Shown here piece by piece: positions 11,661 to 22,611 of a stretch of DNA of 64,000 bases (positions within the stretch are counted from its first letter, which is position 1; the number at the start of each line of letters is the position of its first letter). A model generated the notes under the pieces. The model had not been told where the DNA came from and ran no database searches. It was given only the letters and a program-made list of their open reading frames with translations. Position numbers and translations under genes: made by a program. The stretch is from contig RQSC01000021.1 in the NCBI GenBank assembly GCA_013416795.1, positions 63,929-127,928 of the forward strand, read 5' to 3'. Source of the DNA: Prasinococcaceae sp. CCMP 1430 (Eukaryota; Plantae; Prasinodermophyta).

Positions 11661-13130
11661 ATGACCACGGACGATGTTGATGCGACCGCCGTGACCGAGG
11701 AGCACGCAACCGCAGAGGCTCGTGTCACCGCCGAGGCTGCGGCAGCCGCGGATGCGGACACCGCGCGCGTGAGCGCGACGGCGGACGTCTCCGACGGCAC
11801 ATCGCTCCACGAGGGTAGCAGTGCCTTTGATTCGAGCGGGCAGAGCTTCGGGGCATTCGGGGAGGCGAAAACGGTGGCCGAGGCTTCGGAGATGACGCTA
11901 GAGGTGTTGGAAGAGCAACAGCATTCAGGAGCGATTACGCACCAGAAAGCACTTGAGTGTGAAGAGAGCGATGACAGCTTCGGCGGCTTCGGCGAGGCCG
12001 ACGGCAACGAGGCACAGCCTGTGATGGCGGCTGGAGGCGCCGACGACGGCTTCGGCGACTTTAGCGCCACTGATGCCGTCAAAACCGCCGAGGCGGCTCA
12101 ACCTGCGCCGGCGGCTGCGGACGACGATGATGGCTTCGACGACTTCGGCGATGCTGGCGCCGCTGACGCAGTCGAGGACACGCTCGCGCACGCTGGTGGA
12201 GACGATGATGATGGTGGCTTCGGTGACTTCGGCAGTGCTGACGATGCCAGGTCCTCTGAGGCTCAGCCTGCGCAGGTACCTGGGGGGGACGTCGACGATG
12301 GCTTCGGCGACTTCGGCGAGGCTAGCGGCGCCAAGACGGGCGAGATTCAGCTTGCACGCAACGCTGGGGAAGGTGACGATGACTTTGGCGACTTTGGTGA
12401 GGCGGAGTCTTCAGCTTCTCTGCGTGCACAGGATGGCGAGGATGCAGACGACGGCTTCGGCGACTTCGGCGAATTTGATCAGGCGGAGGCTTTCAGTGCT
12501 CAGCTTCCAACGGATGCTCGCGACGACGACGGCTTCGGCGACTTCGACGAGGCCGAGGGTGCCGACGCTCCACCTGGCCAGGCCGCTGAGGACGACGACG
12601 ACGGCTTCGGCGACTTCGACGAGGCCGAGGGTGCCGACGCTCGACCTGACGAGGCCGCTGGAGACGACGACGACGGCTTCGGCGACTTCGACGAGGCGGA
12701 CGGCGCTGATGGCCAGCATGGGCACTTGGCGGCGCAGCCGCAGCCAGCGCAACAGCCTGCCGAGCATGCGTCACAACCCCAGGGTATCTCCCTTGACCTC
12801 TATGGCGCGGCCTCGCCAGAGGAGACCCTGCAGCTCATCCGCGCGTTCATGCAGAAGGCATTTGGTCGCCCTGCGGCCCATGACAATGGGGCAACTGACC
12901 GAGCTGCGTCAAAGCTGGCAGAGCTCCTCGCGCGCATGCCACTCCATGAGGGAGGGGCGGAGCCTCTGCGTTGGGCGACGTCCCATGCGCGGGCCGTTCT
13001 ATTGCAGGCGTGCGGCGCCTCCGCGACCGATGCCGTCGCAGGTGCAGGGAGCTCGCCGCTGCAGGTGGAAGCCAGTCCCGCGCTGCTCGCCGTGCTGGAG
13101 CTGTTGCCTGAGCTGGACTACATGTTGTGA
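11661..13130 (+). CDS. Aftiphilin/gamma-synergin-like AP-1 accessory protein with ~11 acidic FGxF (DDGFGDF-type) motifs
   Basis: ATG at 11661. Repeated (D/E)xFGxF gamma-adaptin ear-binding motifs. C-terminal LLAVLELLPELDYML resembles the aftiphilin-type LPDLSFM end. Near-identical 72-bp DNA repeats at ~12520-12710. Confidence 0.72.
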   Translation: MTTDDVDATAVTEEHATAEARVTAEAAAAADADTARVSATADVSDGTSLHEGSSAFDSSGQSFGAFGEAKTVAEASEMTLEVLEEQQHSGAITHQKALECEESDDSFGGFGEADGNEAQPVMAAGGADDGFGDFSATDAVKTAEAAQPAPAAADDDDGFDDFGDAGAADAVEDTLAHAGGDDDDGGFGDFGSADDARSSEAQPAQVPGGDVDDGFGDFGEASGAKTGEIQLARNAGEGDDDFGDFGEAESSASLRAQDGEDADDGFGDFGEFDQAEAFSAQLPTDARDDDGFGDFDEAEGADAPPGQAAEDDDDGFGDFDEAEGADARPDEAAGDDDDGFGDFDEADGADGQHGHLAAQPQPAQQPAEHASQPQGISLDLYGAASPEETLQLIRAFMQKAFGRPAAHDNGATDRAASKLAELLARMPLHEGGAEPLRWATSHARAVLLQACGASATDAVAGAGSSPLQVEASPALLAVLELLPELDYML

Positions 13131-13381
13131 GCTCCAGGTCGACCTTGTATCATACCATATTTTAATGTGAACTACTTCTGTGACAAGGTAGCATTCAAAG
13201 CGCAACTTATGCTCGTCGTGGAGGCCAGTTTTTGTACTGCACGCGTGGCTGTCATACTGTAGATGCGTAGGGCGGAAGCAGACGGCGACCCCAAGCTCTT
13301 TGGAAAAGAAATGTCAATCTTACAAGAGCTTTGTCCTACGATGCGTGCAACGAGTGCAGTGACTGCCAACGACGGTCTGGC

Positions 13382-14419
13382 TCAGGCGTCGGACTGGATG
13401 ACCGACTCCGCGAATGTGACGACCGCGTCGTGAAACTGTGCGCGGCGCTCGTGCTGCAAGATGTGACCAGTCTCGAGGTAGATGGTAGCCTGAGCCTGAG
13501 GTCCGTAAGCCTCGCGCAGGCGGTGGACGCTCTCTACACTGTGGTGCCCATCGGAGTCGCCGCTGACGAAGAGCGCCGGCGGCAGCTCGACGTCGCCGGA
13601 ATCGTGAATAGCAGCCAGCTCGGGGCGAAAGTCGATCCCCCTGATGGTGTCGAGCATGATCATGTTCGACGGGAGGCGGAAGCTGCGCGTATGCTTGCTC
13701 CAGGTGTAGTCGACGGACTCACGCGTACCGGGGTAGAACGCCGCGTCGTGCTCGGCGCGTGCTTCCTCCCAAGCCGCCTCGTCGCCTGATTGGCAGCGCA
13801 TGATGCGCTCGCGTATCACGTCAACTTCCTCCTCGCTGAAATTCAGGGGCGGCTCGCCTTGGCCGACACCTCCAGCCACGATGCCAATCACACGGTCGGG
13901 ATGACGCAGAGCGATCTGCGTCGCCGTGGCAGCTCCCCACGAGACTCCGAGGAACAGCGCTTTCTGGCGGCCGAGATAGTCAAGCAAATCAATTGCGGCG
14001 TCCGCGAAGTCGGAGAGGCTCCAGGGCTCCTCCGGCCATTCGGCGGGGTCGGGGGAAAAACGCGTGCCCGGCGCATCCCACGCGACCATACACCACCCGA
14101 GGCGGTTGGCGATGGGGCGGGCGTACGTCCAGTCGTCGGCGCTGCTGGACCATCCATGGAGCCCGAAGATGAGCGGGGCGTCGGGGGAGGAGCCCGCAGG
14201 GCAGTACACCCAGTGCGCTGCCGGAGCGACGACGGGGCCGATGGAAGTGGAGGGCGTCAAGGCCGCCGCAGAGGCAGCGCCCGTCGCGGCGTTCGCCGAG
14301 GCTACCTTATCTCCTGCTGCTGACTCTGGCGCGGCGGCGAGGCGCGGCGGCGCAGAGCAGAGCAGCGCGCAGCAGGCCAGCAGCAGCAGGCCGCTGCTGG
14401 CGACGAGAGTATTCGCCAT
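13382..14419 (-). CDS. Secreted or organelle-targeted alpha/beta hydrolase (Abhydrolase_1/6; MhpC / enol-lactonase-like)
   Basis: ATG at 14419 with a hydrophobic leader (MANTLVASSGLLLLACCALLCSA). Oxyanion HGWSSS, WDAPG, nucleophile elbow GVSWG, acid SGDSD, catalytic His in ETGH. Confidence 0.85.
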   Translation of the reverse strand: MANTLVASSGLLLLACCALLCSAPPRLAAAPESAAGDKVASANAATGAASAAALTPSTSIGPVVAPAAHWVYCPAGSSPDAPLIFGLHGWSSSADDWTYARPIANRLGWCMVAWDAPGTRFSPDPAEWPEEPWSLSDFADAAIDLLDYLGRQKALFLGVSWGAATATQIALRHPDRVIGIVAGGVGQGEPPLNFSEEEVDVIRERIMRCQSGDEAAWEEARAEHDAAFYPGTRESVDYTWSKHTRSFRLPSNMIMLDTIRGIDFRPELAAIHDSGDVELPPALFVSGDSDGHHSVESVHRLREAYGPQAQATIYLETGHILQHERRAQFHDAVVTFAESVIQSDA

Positions 14420-14959
14420 AGCGGCGGGCTCGGCGTGGACGCCCGGCGTGGACGCAGGAGGCGCCGCGTGCGCCGCGCTGCGAGCACGGGCCGACGTCGT
14501 CGAGTCCTGTGTGGCACGGCACACATGGCACACACATTCAGAATGTGTTTTTCGCGCGAACAATGCCGCGCCTGAATTTAATTCATTCCGAGGCAACGTT
14601 TGTGGAAGCGCATCGAGGCTGCGGTGCCGAATATGACGAGGAAAATGCAACAAATTTCCGCATGCGCGAACAAAAGCACCATCAGTACCTGGGCAGGTAC
14701 GGTGCCTACAGCGGCGCAGAAGCACGCAGATGTGAGCGCGACCACTCATACGGAAGCATCGCTCGCGCCAAAATCGCACTTGACACCAAGGGCCGCAACT
14801 TACAGATGGCTCAGATGGCATGGGCCAGCCACTCATGACAAGGGGTAGCGCACCGCCCGCACACCGTCCACCCATCCCGCGCATCGGGATCGCCTGACCC
14901 TCGACGAAGTTGCTGTGGCACTCGGCGCGCGCCGCGCTCCGTTCGACCTGCTCTGCTCA

Positions 14960-17500
14960 TCATGAGTACTTTGCGATCTGCGGGGGCGGGAATGGGAAGG
15001 CAGAGCGCATGGCATTCGTCAGCAGCGGCTCAGAAGAAGGGCACGCGCGCTCGCTGGCTCGCCCCACCACCCTGGAGCGCGGCGCGCAACTTACGATAGA
15101 TCGGTGGAGGCTGCAGAGCCACTCGACGTAGCTCATCCCGCTGCCGCTCCTGTCGTCGACCAGCATGGAGAAGACCGCCCGCTCGAGCGCGTCCCCGCGT
15201 CGCACCAGCCGCAGCCGCAAGTAATTACACCGCCTCCGGCGGACCTCGTTCACCGCCCTGTTGACCGCCTCGCTCCACGGCCCGCCCAGCCGCTGCAATG
15301 AGAACTGCTGCGGATCCACCTGGCCCGGAGGCGCGCCCAGCACGTCGTTGATTGCCGCGGGGTCCGCCTGCGCGCCGAGCCACAGGTACGCGCTTTGGCC
15401 GTCCTCAATAAGGAAGAAGCCGCCGGGCACGAGGTGCTCGCTCGACAGCGTTGAGGGGTTGGGCAAGGGAATGTCCGCAGGCAGACCGTTTTCCTCCGCA
15501 GCGGGCCCCACCGTGTGCAGCGCGTAGAGGCACGGGTACACAAGGGGCGCCACCGTCGCTGCGCCCCCGGTGAGCGCGCGCACGAGCCACGCCGCGCGCT
15601 CGTCCGCGAGCACTTCAGAACCGCGCAGGCCCGGGCTCTTGATGAGACCGAGCGTGTAGAGCGGGCTAAGCTTGAGAGCCTCGGGCAAGATCAGCTGCCC
15701 CGACGAGGAGCTGCTCGCGCAGAATTTGCGGTAGGCGAAAAGAATTTCCACCGTGCGTTCGACGCATTTCTCGCGCAGCGTCTTGAACGGCTTCGAGCCC
15801 ACCGAGCGCGCAGCGTCCTTGATCATGAATGCCGTCTGCGTCTCGAGATCTGCGCCGCGGTAGAGGTTGCCAAGCACCTCGGTGACCGGCAGGCTGAGCG
15901 TGTGCACGCGGATGCGCCGCTGGCCCTCGGTCGTCGTATACAGCAGCGCGCACTGGAACGCAGCCTCCATGCCCGAAGGCAGCCTCTCCTCGTGTTTGAC
16001 ACTCACGTACAGAGCCTTGTCGCAGTCCATCTGTGGCACGTCAAGGTCCGTCGCACTACGCTGGCAGAAGTGGCCGTAGTGGTCGGTCACCGTGAGCCCC
16101 TGGCTCGTGCGCACGCGCAGGACGCCCTCGAGCGCTGTGGGGCGCACAATCGCCCAGCGCAGGTCGTTGAAGAGTTTGGGCGAGTCGAGCGCGGGATTGT
16201 ACGGCGTGTAGAGCTGCACGTCTCCGCCCGTCTCGCGCGCGAGGGGCGTGAGGCTCGCAAGGTCCATGTAACCCTGCGGCGTCAGGAACAGGTCGACGCA
16301 CACCTGATACTCGGCGCACGCCTGCCCCATGCGGAAGTACGTAGGGTCGGCGGGAGCGGCAAGCTTGTGCACGGTCTCCGAGTTGGCGCCGGCCTGGCGG
16401 TCTTTGAGAACACCCACGCCCACGGTCGGCGCGGACGACGCGAGCACGAACAGTCGCCCTCCGGTCGGCTTCAGCGCCTCGAGCGCGCCCTTGACAGCGG
16501 AGCCCATCGCGGCCTCGCGCGGCGGGTAGTCGCGGTGCATCGCTGGGAGCGAGTCCAGCAGACCCTCGAGCATCTCCTTGCATTCGTCGACCACGCCGAG
16601 CAAGTACTTGGGGCACGGCGCGTACACGTTGGCAATGTCGGGCACGACCATCATCGCGGGCTGCGTCTGGCCCGGCTTGAGGCTATAGAAGTTGATCGCG
16701 CGGTCGTAGGTCGCAAGGCCCACCTTGGTGCGTCCGGGGTGCGGCACGGAGCCCAGCAGCTGCTTGATCGAGCGGCAGGCGTTCTCGAAGGCGCCCGAAG
16801 TCACCGAGGCAGCGGAGGCGTCGAGCAGGAAGAAGAAGACGGGGTCCATGGGCGGCCGCACCATGTACGCGTCGGGCGCGACGAAGTCGACGGAGCCCCG
16901 GCAGAGCTCGGGCCGCTCGTGCGCGTCCAGCCGCCTGCCGTCGGCGCCCAGCGCGCAGGCGTACTGCTGGGGCACATCCCCGCTCGCCCCGCAGAAGTTG
17001 CACGTGTAGCGCCGGCCTTGCTCATTGAAGCGGAAGTGGGGGTTGACGTACGCCTTGCAGCGCAAACACCGCAAGGGGCCCATCTCGCCCATGTCCACCA
17101 CAGCGACGCCCTCCTCGCCCTGGGCTGGCGAGGCCATCGGCTGCACGATCAGGCCCAAGGGCATGGAGCACATGGACATGAGCTCGAAGCGTTCGGGCCA
17201 CTGGTTCAGCGTGGCGCGCATGTAGCGCGGTGAGCAGTTGCCCGCGTCCTGCACCACGAATTCGGTGTTCGCGGCGGGCGGCGAGGTCACGCCCGACACC
17301 GTGCGCGTCGCATACTGCGTCGCGCCGAACAACGGCTTGGAGCTCGCGCGCGGGATCTGCGCGGGGTCGATGCGTTCGGAGGCTTTGGCGCCGCTCGTCG
17401 CCTGCGCGGGCGGCGCGCCCGGTTTCGTAGGAGCCGCGGCCGGCGCGCCGGGCCTAGCACCTGGCGGCGCGCCCATCGCGGGCGCCGCCGGCGCGGCCGC
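14960..17500 (-). CDS. SEC24: COPII coat protein Sec24 (SEC24C/D, plant CEF type); 5' end lost in the assembly gap
   Basis: IDPAQIPR, NCSPRYMR, Zn finger RCLRCKAYVNP...CNFC, trunk domain, IRVHT, QLILPEALKLSPLY, gelsolin domain. Terminal intron 14978-15094 (GTAAGT...CCCCGCAG) gives ...SLHRSI-IAKYS*. Confidence 0.95.
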   Translation of the reverse strand, partial: AAAPAAPAMGAPPGARPGAPAAAPTKPGAPPAQATSGAKASERIDPAQIPRASSKPLFGATQYATRTVSGVTSPPAANTEFVVQDAGNCSPRYMRATLNQWPERFELMSMCSMPLGLIVQPMASPAQGEEGVAVVDMGEMGPLRCLRCKAYVNPHFRFNEQGRRYTCNFCGASGDVPQQYACALGADGRRLDAHERPELCRGSVDFVAPDAYMVRPPMDPVFFFLLDASAASVTSGAFENACRSIKQLLGSVPHPGRTKVGLATYDRAINFYSLKPGQTQPAMMVVPDIANVYAPCPKYLLGVVDECKEMLEGLLDSLPAMHRDYPPREAAMGSAVKGALEALKPTGGRLFVLASSAPTVGVGVLKDRQAGANSETVHKLAAPADPTYFRMGQACAEYQVCVDLFLTPQGYMDLASLTPLARETGGDVQLYTPYNPALDSPKLFNDLRWAIVRPTALEGVLRVRTSQGLTVTDHYGHFCQRSATDLDVPQMDCDKALYVSVKHEERLPSGMEAAFQCALLYTTTEGQRRIRVHTLSLPVTEVLGNLYRGADLETQTAFMIKDAARSVGSKPFKTLREKCVERTVEILFAYRKFCASSSSSGQLILPEALKLSPLYTLGLIKSPGLRGSEVLADERAAWLVRALTGGAATVAPLVYPCLYALHTVGPAAEENGLPADIPLPNPSTLSSEHLVPGGFFLIEDGQSAYLWLGAQADPAAINDVLGAPPGQVDPQQFSLQRLGGPWSEAVNRAVNEVRRRRCNYLRLRLVRRGDALERAVFSMLVDDRSGSGMSYVEWLCSLHRSIVSCAPRSRVVGRASERACPSSEPLLTNAMRSAFPFPPPQIAKYS

Positions 17501-17985
17501 NNNNNNNNNNNNNNNNNNNNNNNNNNNNNNNNNNNNNNNNNNNNNNNNNNNNNNNNNNNNNNNNNNNNNNNNNNNNNNNNNNNNNNNNNNNNNNNNNNNN
17601 NNNNNNNNNNNNNNNNNNNNNNNNNNNNNNNNNNNNNNNNNNNNNNNNNNNNNNNNNNNNNNNNNNNNNNNNNNNNNNNNNNNNNNNNNNNNNNNNNNNN
17701 NNNNNNNNNNNNNNNNNNNNNNNNNNNNNNNNNNNNNNNNNNNNNNNNNNNNNNNNNNNNNNNNNNNNNNNNNNNNNNNNNNNNNNNNNNNNNNNNNNNN
17801 NNNNNNNNNNNNNNNNNNNNNNNNNNNNNNNNNNNNNNNNNNNNNNNNNNNNNNNNNNNNNNNNNNNNNNNNNNNNNNNNNNNNNNNNNNNNNNNNNNNN
17901 NNNNNNNNNNNNNNNNNNNNNNNNNNNNNNNNNNNNNNNNNNNNNNNNNNNNNNNNNNNNNNNNNNNNNNNNNNNNNNNNNNNNN
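17501..17985. other. Assembly gap (485 N)
   Basis: N run covering the Pro-rich 5' part of SEC24. Confidence 0.99.
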
Positions 17986-18566
17986 GGGCTGCGCGCGCTG
18001 CGGCGACGATCGGCGCGCGCGCTGTGGTCCCGGCCGGGCAGCTCCCAACAACACGCCGCGGCGCCGCGCGCGCGGCTGTTGAACCGGTGGTGAAGACTTC
18101 AATCAGCTCAAGGCACCTCACACTACACATCACATCGCACATCACATCTCCCTTGCCCCCATCAAACAAACAGCAGGGCTGCATGAAAACTAAAAACTGA
18201 ACGGCACCCGGCTGACCACTTTTTTTTTTTCCGCTGTGCGCGAGTCGGCGGTTTGCCAAACGTTCCGGTGCGCGCCGCGTCCCGCGGACGGATGGCGAAA
18301 GGAATGCAGGTTCGGCGTGGAAAAAGCGGAAGAATGGATGAAATTTGCAGGCGCGTGGCCGGCGCGCGCCGCGATCGCACCACTGCTGATGGCCCTTGAC
18401 AGCGAGCAAGCACCATCAGGACACCATCAGAACGCACCCGTCTGCGGGCGAGGGCAAGGAAAAAAATCCCGCGGCGCCCCCCCCCCAAAAGTGTGGAGTG
18501 GTGGCGTTTGCGCGCAGGGCGCGGTGGGGCCAGACCGCGTGCGCCTGTCGCCGCGGGGGAGCCGCG

Positions 18567-19020
18567 ATGGTGTACCCCAAGAGCTGGAGCATGCTGCGCG
18601 TCGCGGGCGCCGAGGCCAAGCGCCTCTGGCCCTTCGTGGTGGGCTTCGGCGTCATGAACGTCGCCATCATGAACTTTTGCGCAGGCCTCGACGGTGCGTT
18701 CCGCGGCGCTCGTCGGGTCACTGGGAGGGGGCTAGTGTAGTGGCAGGTTGTGCGAAGGGGGTCGACGGGCGTGCTCACGGCGCGCAAGCATGCGGTGGCG
18801 ATGTTCTGAGCGCGGGTGGATGTGTGGCGCGCCGTGTGGTGCGCCTGCGCGCCCCGCCCGCGCCAGAGGCTGCCCCGCGCAGCGCCCGCCTGCGCCCTGT
18901 GCGAACCCTAAAGCGAGCCGCGCCGCTGACACTGCGCCGCCGCCGCGCTCGCCCGCAGACGAGACGCGCAAAAACTCGAAGTACTGGGACCCGTACCAGG
19001 CGGCCAAGGAGGGCCACTAA
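18567..19020 (+). CDS. Mitochondrial ATP synthase 6 kDa subunit (plant-type); 2 exons, 62 aa
   Basis: Exons 18567-18693 and 18959-19020. Intron GTGCGT...CTGAC...CCCGCAG. The product MVYPKSWSMLRVAGAEAKRLWPFVVGFGVMNVAIMNFCAGLDDETRKNSKYWDPYQAAKEGH fits the plant 6 kDa pattern (R.WPF..GF.......L.AG...E..KNSKF), recalled from knowledge. Confidence 0.78.
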
Positions 19021-19500
19021 GCCCGCGCGAGCGGCCCCCTTTCATGTGGCGCTCGCGCGCGCCAGCCTGTAGCCTGCAGCGGCGTGCTGTTGGGCTGCGC
19101 TCCAATTTTGGTTGTCGAAAGTACAGTACACTCTTATTTTTTGACTGACGAGTGCGGGAATGAGTCAGCGCTGCGCGCCGTTCACTGCCACTCTCGTGCT
19201 GTGCACCGCGACTGGCGGGCTGCGTCGCTGCTGCTTTTGCCGCTGCGCCGTGAGCACCTGCCATGCTGTGCGCCTTGCGCCCAGCGCATGCCAGAGGCAG
19301 CACACCGCGAAGCGGTGCGATGACCAAACGGGGAAAACAGAGCTCTTCAAAATGTTGCGATACCAATTTTGTGCAAACATGTAAACCCTAACAAACGTGC
19401 GGATGCAATTGCAGGCTGCTCAAGTGCGCCCCGCAGCAGTGAGCGGCGCGAGCGTGCGCTCGCTGTCTGCACCTGTGACTGCAGCAAGTGCAAGCCCCCT

Positions 19501-19694
<194 letters not shown>

Positions 19695-19854
19695 AAAGCA
19701 GGAACGCCGTCGTGCGCTCGGTAAGCTGCGGGGCCTGCGACTTGGTGAAGTCGATGAAGAAGCTCCACACGCCGACCTGTGCCCCCACATAGAGGAATTG
19801 CGCGATGACGGCCGCGCGCACCGCCGCGCGCGCCGTGCACGACGCAGCAGCCAT
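19695..19854 (-). pseudogene. Fragment of an L-fucose:H+ symporter (FucP/GluP, MFS), TM7-TM8 region
   Basis: MAAASCTARAAVRAAVIAQFLYVGAQVGVWSFFIDFTKSQAPQLTERTTAFLL matches the FucP TM7 signature AQFxYVGAQxxxWS. The frame runs into the n/poly-G tract. Confidence 0.7.
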
Positions 19855-20335
19855 GGCGCTCGACCCCGACGCCTCCACGCGACGCGTGCGCGCGGACTGC
19901 CCCCCATCCCTCGTCCGTCCGCCTTCCCCGCCCTTCCCCACCCGCACGCGTACAAGTGCGGGTGGGGCGGTGAGGGCCTGTGCGCGAGGCGAGCGCAGGC
20001 CTGTGCAGCACCTATTCCTACCTCTAGTTTATCCGCTTTTTTTCTTCGGCTGCTGCGTGGTTTGGAAACGACGTCCATCATGAGAACGCATGCGTTTTTC
20101 CCCCCGCAGCCATTTTCCCGATCCTGCTCATTTTCCTTTGCGCGCTTTTTCTTTTTTTTCACTGCCGCTTTTTTTTTAGCGGCGGCTGCGGCTGCGCACC
20201 CCTGCGGGGGTGGGGGTGACGTAGGTAGGGGCCACAGCGCGCGCCTCGCGCGAGAGGGGCGAGGGCGCATCCCCCTAGCCCCTCCGCTCCGCTCTCCCCC
20301 GCCCTCTGCCTTCGAAATCGGGGGCCTACGTCGCC

Positions 20336-22444
20336 ATGGATCCCTCAAAGCCGGCCGCAGGGGTCGATTCTACACCGCGCAAGCGCACGGTGGGCTTTGC
20401 CGTTGGTGGCGGAGCACCCGCCGCCGACCCGGGCGCCGGCACAGCGGCCGCTGACGCGCCCGCGGCGCAGCAGGCGCTCTTTGGGGCCGCGGCTGCGGTG
20501 ACGCCGACCACGACGCCGTCCAAGCTCGTCGCGCCGATCGACGAGCTCAATGCGGCGGGTGGGTCGGGGTTCGGCGCGCCCCCGAAGCACAGCGAACCCG
20601 TCGAGATCGCGGATATCCCGGCCGCAGTCGTCGCGCATGCAGCGCAGGCGCGAAGCGGGGACACCGACGGGGACGAGTCGCTGGGGCTTTCAATGTCGTC
20701 GTCGCAGCCATCCACCTCCTTCGTTGGGAGCTTCCGGGAGATGAGCCTCGACACCCGCATCAACACGCCGCCCGTGGGTGGGCCCTCTGCGCTCGAGGCG
20801 GTGTCGCCCCCGAAGGAGCCAGCGGAAGGCGCCGCAGCTGTGGCGGCTGCTGTGGCGGTGGCAGATGTCGCGACCGCGCCTGTGGCGGCACCAGCGCCCG
20901 CGCCCGTGCCCACGGCAGCGCCTGTGGTAGCCCCTGCGCCCGCGCCGGGGCCCGACGCGCAGGCCGGCGGCAAGCAGGGGAAGCAGGGCAAGAAGGAGAA
21001 GAAGGAGAAGAAGGTAAAGGAGGTTCGGCTGCCGGAGGGCGGCATCGTGCCCAAGCCCAAGCTCACCAAGGCGGAGCGTCGCGCGATGCAGGAGGCTCAG
21101 CGTGCCGCCAAGGCGGCGCGGCTCGCTGGCGAGGACGGCGGTGGCAAGGGCAGCGGCGGCAAGGGCGGCGGCAGCGGCGGCAGCGGTTCGGGCGCAGGCG
21201 GTGCGGGTGGCAGTGGCGGGGGCAAGGCGGCGGGTGGCGGGCACGACGCGGACAAAAAGGCGCAGCGCCCCTCGATTCAGCAGCAGCATGACGTAGCGAA
21301 GAAGGGTGGCTCCAAGTCAAGCGCCATCGAGCGACCCGAGAGTGCGAAGCAGATCGCGCTGTTCGCGCACCTGCCCCAATACGAGGCGGCGGCGCTGCGC
21401 GCGTCGCTGCTTGCTGCCGGTTTCGCGCCGTCGTCGAACCTGCACCCCGCCGTGGTGAAGCTCGGGCTGCAATTCTCTCAGGGGCTACTGACGGGTGCCA
21501 ACCAGCGCAGCGAGGCCATGCTGGAGGTCTTCAAGCAGCTCGTGCGCGACTACCACACACCCAAGGCGAAGACGCTGGCGCGCGACCTGTCCACCCGGCT
21601 GAAGCACTCCATCGACTTCCTGTCCGCGTGCCGGCCGCTGAGCGTGAGCATGGGCAACGCCATCAAGTATGTGAAGAAGCTGGTTGTGAATTCACCGCTC
21701 GGCCTGCCCGAGTCTGAGGCGAAGAGCGAGCTCGTGGCCTCTATTGACTGGTTCCTCACCGAGAAGATCCAGCTTGCGCGGCGGGCGGTGGTTGAGGCGG
21801 CGCTCACCAAAATCCGTGACGGCGACGTTCTGCTCACATTTGCGTGGGCTGACAGCGTGGAGGAGATCTTCGTTGCGGCCAAGGAGAGCGGGCGCTGCTT
21901 CCGCGTGGTGCTCGTCGACAGCTCGCCCAAGCTCGAGTGCCAGGAGCTCACCAAGCGCCTGGTTGCTCGCGGCCTCAAAGTGACGTACTGCCACCTGACC
22001 GCCGTTTCCTACATCATGCGCGAGGTCACAAAGGTGTTCATCGGCGCGTCGTACGTGTGCGCTAACGGCACCGTGGTGGGGCGCAACGGCGCGGCGGCGG
22101 TGGCGATGGTCGCCAAGTGCAACAGGGTGCCTGTGATGGTGTGTTGCGAGACGTACAAGTTCAGCGAACGCGTGCAGCTCGACGCCATCACCTCCAACGA
22201 GCTCGCCAACCCTGACGACCTGGCCGACATGGTCCTGGGCATAGACGCCGGCAGCAGCAAGAAGGCCGACAAGAAGTACAGCTTGCGCGAGGAGAACGGC
22301 GCAAGCGGCGACAAGCTGCGTCTACTCAATCTCTCGTACGATGCCATGCCGCCCGAGTTCTGCACCATGATCATCACAGAGCTTGGAATGCTGCCCGCGT
22401 CGGCTGTGCCGGCGGTGCTGCGAGAGGCTGTGATGGCTGGCTGA
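20336..22444 (+). CDS. EIF2B4: Translation initiation factor eIF2B subunit delta
   Basis: Low-complexity, K-rich N-terminus with KLTKAERRAMQEAQRAAK. LFAHLPQY, HPAVVKLG, ACRPLSVSMGNAIK, VMVCCETYKFSERVQLDAI, LLNLSYDAMP, IITELGMLP. TGTAA at ~22459. Confidence 0.95.
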   Translation: MDPSKPAAGVDSTPRKRTVGFAVGGGAPAADPGAGTAAADAPAAQQALFGAAAAVTPTTTPSKLVAPIDELNAAGGSGFGAPPKHSEPVEIADIPAAVVAHAAQARSGDTDGDESLGLSMSSSQPSTSFVGSFREMSLDTRINTPPVGGPSALEAVSPPKEPAEGAAAVAAAVAVADVATAPVAAPAPAPVPTAAPVVAPAPAPGPDAQAGGKQGKQGKKEKKEKKVKEVRLPEGGIVPKPKLTKAERRAMQEAQRAAKAARLAGEDGGGKGSGGKGGGSGGSGSGAGGAGGSGGGKAAGGGHDADKKAQRPSIQQQHDVAKKGGSKSSAIERPESAKQIALFAHLPQYEAAALRASLLAAGFAPSSNLHPAVVKLGLQFSQGLLTGANQRSEAMLEVFKQLVRDYHTPKAKTLARDLSTRLKHSIDFLSACRPLSVSMGNAIKYVKKLVVNSPLGLPESEAKSELVASIDWFLTEKIQLARRAVVEAALTKIRDGDVLLTFAWADSVEEIFVAAKESGRCFRVVLVDSSPKLECQELTKRLVARGLKVTYCHLTAVSYIMREVTKVFIGASYVCANGTVVGRNGAAAVAMVAKCNRVPVMVCCETYKFSERVQLDAITSNELANPDDLADMVLGIDAGSSKKADKKYSLREENGASGDKLRLLNLSYDAMPPEFCTMIITELGMLPASAVPAVLREAVMAG

Positions 22445-22532
22445 GCTATGTGCCATTTGTAACTGTGAGTGCCTTGCCACGAAAGCGTCCCCGTCCGCGC
22501 GCGCGCGCGCGCGCGTAGCGCGGCGTGCGCCC

Positions 22533-22533
<1 letters not shown>

Positions 22534-22573
<40 letters not shown>
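22534..22573. repeat. (AG)n microsatellite between convergent EIF2B4 and RPT2 3' ends
   Basis: About 20 AG units, preceded by a (CG)n run at ~22497-22514. Confidence 0.95.
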
Positions 22574-22577
<4 letters not shown>

Positions 22578-22611
22578 GGTGTTTTACGGCCACGCGCACC
22601 GAGGGCGGGTC

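Noticed and set aside
17986-18409. Upstream extension of the SEC24 ORF beyond the gap
   Set aside because: The frame is only nominally continuous through 485 Ns, and the sequence looks like promoter or UTR.
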